Assembly (NCBI GenBank): GCA_020137815.1 | Contig: CM035350.1 | Location: 6,076,001 to 6,140,000, forward strand | Source of the DNA: Hormiphora californensis | Taxonomy: Eukaryota; Animalia; Ctenophora | DNA length: 64,000 nt | Direction: 5' to 3' | Shown here: piece by piece, positions 61,601-64,000 of the stretch | Layout: each line of letters starts with the position of its first letter | How positions within the stretch are numbered: the stretch's first letter is position 1 | Notes under the pieces: model-generated | Told to the model about the DNA's origin: nothing | What the model saw: only the letters and a program-made list of their open reading frames with translations | Database searches by the model: none | Position numbers and translations under genes: made by a program

Positions 61601-64000
61601 CCCCCCCCCCCCCCGGGTTGGGTTTTGGGGGGGGGGGGAAAAAAAATTTAAATTTGGGCCCGGGGAAAAAAAAAAAACCCCGGGGGGGTTTTTTGGGAAA
61701 AAAAAAAGGGGGGCCCCCCCCCCCAAAAAAATTTTAAAACCCCCCCCCTTTTTTTTCCCCCCCCCCCCGGGGGTTTTTTTTTTAAAAAACCCCTTAAATT
61801 TGGGGGTTTTTAAACCCCAGTGGGGATAAACCGGGGGGGGGGGTTTTTTTTTTTGGGGGGCCCTTTAAAAAAACCAAAAAAAAAATTTTTTTAAAAAAAA
61901 TTTTTTGGGGGGGTTTTTGGGGGGGGGAAAAAACCAGGGGGCCTTGGGGGGGTTTTAAAAGGGGGGGGGGCCCCTTTTGTGGGGGCCCCAAAAAAATTTT
62001 TTTGGGGGGGGGGCCCCCAAAAAACCCCGGGGGGGAAAAAAATTTTTTAAACTCCCCCCCCCTTTTTTTGGGGGGGGTTTAAATTTTTTTTTTTTTGGGG
62101 GGTTTTTTTTTTTGGGGGGCCCCCAAAAAAAATTCCCCCCCCCCCACATTCGGCCCCCCCGGGGGCCCGGTTTTTAAAAAGGGGGGGCCCCCCCAACCCT
62201 TTTTTAAAAAAATTTTTTTTTTTAAAAAAAAAAAAAAATTTTTTTTCCCCGGGGGCCCCCCCCCCCAAAAACTTTAAAGGGTTTTTAAAAAGGGGGGTTT
62301 CCCCCCCAAAAAAGGGGCCCCAAATTTTTTTTTCCCCAAACCCCCCCCCCCCTTTTTTTTGGGGTTTTAAAAAAAAAGGGTTTCCAGTTTTTTTTTTTAA
62401 ACCTTTTATTTTTTTTAATTTTTTTTTAAAGGGGGGGGGTTTTTTTTTTTTGGGGGTTAAAAAAACCCCCCCTTTTTTTTTTTTGGGGGGGGGGGGGGGG
62501 GCCCCCCTTTTCGGTTTTTAAAAAATTTTTCCTTTGGAACCCCCCTTTTGGTTTTTGGGGGGAAAACCCCCCTTTTTTTAAAAAATTTTTTTAAAATTTA
62601 AATTTAAGGGGGGCCCCCCAAAAAAAAAATTTTTTTAAAAAAAAAAAGGGGGGAAAAAAAACCCCCCCAAAAACCCAAAATATAAAAAATTTTTTTTTTA
62701 AAAAAAATTTTTTTTTTTTTTGGGGGGGGAAAAAAAACCCCCCCCAAAATAAAAAAAAAGGGGCCCCCGGGGGGCCCCCTTTTTGGGTTTTAAAAAAGGG
62801 GGGGAAAAAAAAAAAGGGGGGGAAAAAAAATTAAAAAAAAAAGGGGAATTTTTAAAACAAAAAAAAATGTCCCCCAAAAAAGGGTTTAAAAATTTGGTTT
62901 TTAAAATTTTTTTTTTTTTAAAAAAAACCCGGGGGGAAAAAAATTTTTTTTTTTTAAAAAAACCCCCCAAAAATTTTCCTTAAAAAAATTTTTTTTTTTT
63001 TTGGCCCCTTTTTTAAAAAAAATTTTTTTTGGGGGGGAATTGCCAAAAAAAAGGGGGGGAAAAAAATTTTTTTAAAAAAAAGGGGGGAAAAAATTTTTAA
63101 AAAATTTTTTCCCCAAAGGGGGCCTCGGGAAAAAAAAAAAAAAAGGGGGGGGGGGGAAAAAAAAAAAAAATTTTTTAAAAAAATTTTTTTAAAAAAAAAG
63201 GGAACCTTTTTTTAAAGGTAAAAAAAAAAATTTTTTAAAAAAAATTTTTTTTTTAAAAAACCCCCCCCCCCCTTTAAATTTTTTTTTTCCCCCCCCCCCC
63301 CCCCCCTTTTTTGGGGCCAGGGGGGGGGGGGGCCCCCCCGGGGGGAAAAAAAAGGGAAAAAAAAAAAGGAAAAAGGGAAAAAAAAAAAAAAAAAAAGGGG
63401 GAAGGGGGGGGGCCCCTAAAAATTTTCAAAAAAAATTTTTTTTGGGGGTCGGGAAAAAAGGGGGAAAAGGGTTTTTAAAAAAAAAAAAAATTTTTTTTAA
63501 AAAAAAAAGGGGGAAGGGGGGGGTTTTAAAAAGGGGGGAATTTCAATTTTAAAGAAGGGGTTTTTTTAACCCCCCCCCCCCCCCCCTTTTGGTTTTTCCC
63601 AAAAAATTTTTTTGGTTTTTAATTTTTGGGTTTTTTTGGGGGGGAAATTTTAAAAAAAAGGGGGTTTTTTTGGGGGCCCCCCCCCTTTTCCCCCCCAAAT
63701 TTTTTTAAAACCCTTTTTTCGGGGGGGCCCTAAAAAAACCCCAAAAATTTTTTTGGGGGGGGGTTTCCCCAATTTTGGGAAAATTTTTTTTGGGGGGGCC
63801 CAAAAAAAAAAAAATTTTTTTCCCCCCCCCAAAAAGGGGAAAAGGGGGGGGGTTTTTAAAAAAAAGGGGAAAAAAAAAAAAAAAGGGGGGAAATTGGGGG
63901 GGGGGTTTCCCTTTTAAAATTTTTCCAGGGAAAATTTTTAAAACCCTTTTTAAAGGGGGTTTTGGGGGTTAAGGGGGGGGAAAAATAAAACCCCCCCCAA
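55976..64000. other. Non-biological homopolymer-run sequence
   Basis: Eight kb of random-length A/C/G/T runs with no period or coding signal. Confidence 0.95.

Noticed and set aside
55976-64000. Long K/G/F/P-rich ORFs (up to 446 aa)
   Set aside because: Products of homopolymer-run junk (AAA/GGG/TTT/CCC codons) with no period or domain; sequencing artefact.

Overview
Eukaryotic (animal) genomic DNA with short GT-AG introns, abundant (GA)n microsatellites and many hairpin/MITE repeats. The gene content (an extracellular 'WxAV..IPWDLExTPLQI' module, an intronless LDLa-rich GPCR) suggests a ctenophore, which is inference only. Genes spliced by hand from the sequence: a Golgi carbohydrate sulfotransferase (-), a 4-EF-hand calmodulin-like protein (-), a 9-exon alpha-arrestin (-), two phase-1 extracellular-module exons (+), ARL3 immediately followed by WDR31 (-), an ~1100-aa LDLa-GPCR (-), an SSRP1 fragment fused to a partial duplicate of the WDR31/ARL3 locus, and a tentative divergent RFX-like gene (+). 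Mobile DNA includes an internally deleted RTE LINE, a CRE-type RLE LINE 3' part, a decayed CR1-like RT, an intact ORF1-only retroelement, a 1.34-kb CAC-terminal foldback element with a 4-bp TSD, and several MITE families. The best leads are (1) a compact ARL3-WDR31 ciliary gene pair that looks like a trans-spliced operon and carries intronic RFX X-boxes, (2) the ORF1-only retroelement, (3) the foldback element, and (4) an inverted-repeat-bounded cassette of symmetric exons. About 12 kb (22150-25300, 32150-32720, 55976-64000) is homopolymer-run junk and several other segments are indel-noisy, so single-base frameshifts should be distrusted.
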